DNA of 64,000 nucleotides from Candidatus Saccharimonadales bacterium (GTDB lineage Bacteria; Patescibacteriota; Saccharimonadia; Saccharimonadales; UBA7683): NCBI GenBank assembly GCA_046350615.1, contig JAXMAA010000001.1, positions 8,480 to 72,479 of the forward strand, read 5' to 3'. Shown piece by piece: positions 63,757 to 64,000 of this stretch (position 1 is its first letter; each line of letters starts with the position of its first letter). The notes under the pieces were generated by a model. It saw only the letters and a program-made list of their open reading frames with translations, ran no database searches and was not told where the DNA came from. The position numbers and the translations under genes were made by a program.

Positions 63757-64000
63757 TAACGTTTTCCTCCAGAGGTATCTTGCGCAACCCTTCCGCCATC
63801 AATAGTAATAACACGTCGTTTCAACTTGTTTACAATCTCTTGATTATGCGTGGTCATCAATACTGTGGTGCCGTGCTGGTTGATCTTCTCTAAAACCGAA
63901 ACAACGTCCCAGGCGTGCTTTGGATCAAGGTTGCCTGTCGGCTCATCTGCAATCAAAATTTTCGGCTGGCGCACCACAGCACGAGCAATCGCCACACGCT
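63756..64000 (-). CDS. ftsE: Cell division ATP-binding protein FtsE (C-terminal part, truncated by window edge)
   Basis: IAIARAVVRQPKILIADEPTGNLD (signature region / Walker B) and the H-loop TTVLMTTHN. Confidence 0.85.
   Translation of the reverse strand, partial: RVAIARAVVRQPKILIADEPTGNLDPKHAWDVVSVLEKINQHGTTVLMTTHNQEIVNKLKRRVITIDGGRVAQDTSGGKR

Overview
Gene-dense bacterial chromosome fragment. Gene content suggests a reduced-genome Patescibacteria/CPR (Saccharibacteria-like) organism; this is an inference, not a database result. No rRNA genes and no CRISPR array were seen. Backbone genes: tRNA-Glu(CUC), two histidine-kinase/receiver pairs plus an orphan receiver (all three receivers lack an output domain), der, pth, dprA, topA, glyQS, recO, xseAB, rpmA, pyrG. 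There is a compact dcw cluster on the minus strand (mraZ, rsmH remnant, ftsL-like, PBP/ftsI, mraY, ftsW, murG, ftsQ, with no mur ligases in between). An envelope cluster sits at the 3' end (GT4, ctpA, femAB-like, coiled-coil CHAP hydrolase, ftsX, ftsE). Accessory content: an XRE-Panacea antitoxin with a RelE/ParE-like toxin, Doc/AbrB and VapBC modules, an IS1595-family transposase, a replication-relaxation gene, a GIY-YIG nuclease, a PIF1-like HRDC helicase, and a 556-aa protein with a possible caspase-like His/Cys signature. Main hunt results: (1) a family of GTCAT...ATGAC hairpin modules that brackets the GIY-YIG gene, occurs as perfect 103-bp duplicates flanking a 5.7-kb toxin-antitoxin-rich block, and appears once in-frame inside a methyltransferase CDS; (2) two diverged copies of an unknown intergenic element with perfectly conserved blocks and compensatory hairpin changes (candidate ncRNA); (3) an 875-bp gene-free convergent zone holding a 28-bp dif-like 11-6-11 palindrome and a perfect 15-mer present three times; (4) four phased GTGGGTA boxes upstream of mraZ; (5) three disrupted genes (rsmH heavily degraded, pyrG frameshifted near its 3' end, a GT4 gene with one in-frame TGA). 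All product calls come from motif recognition by eye in the supplied translations; no searches were run.
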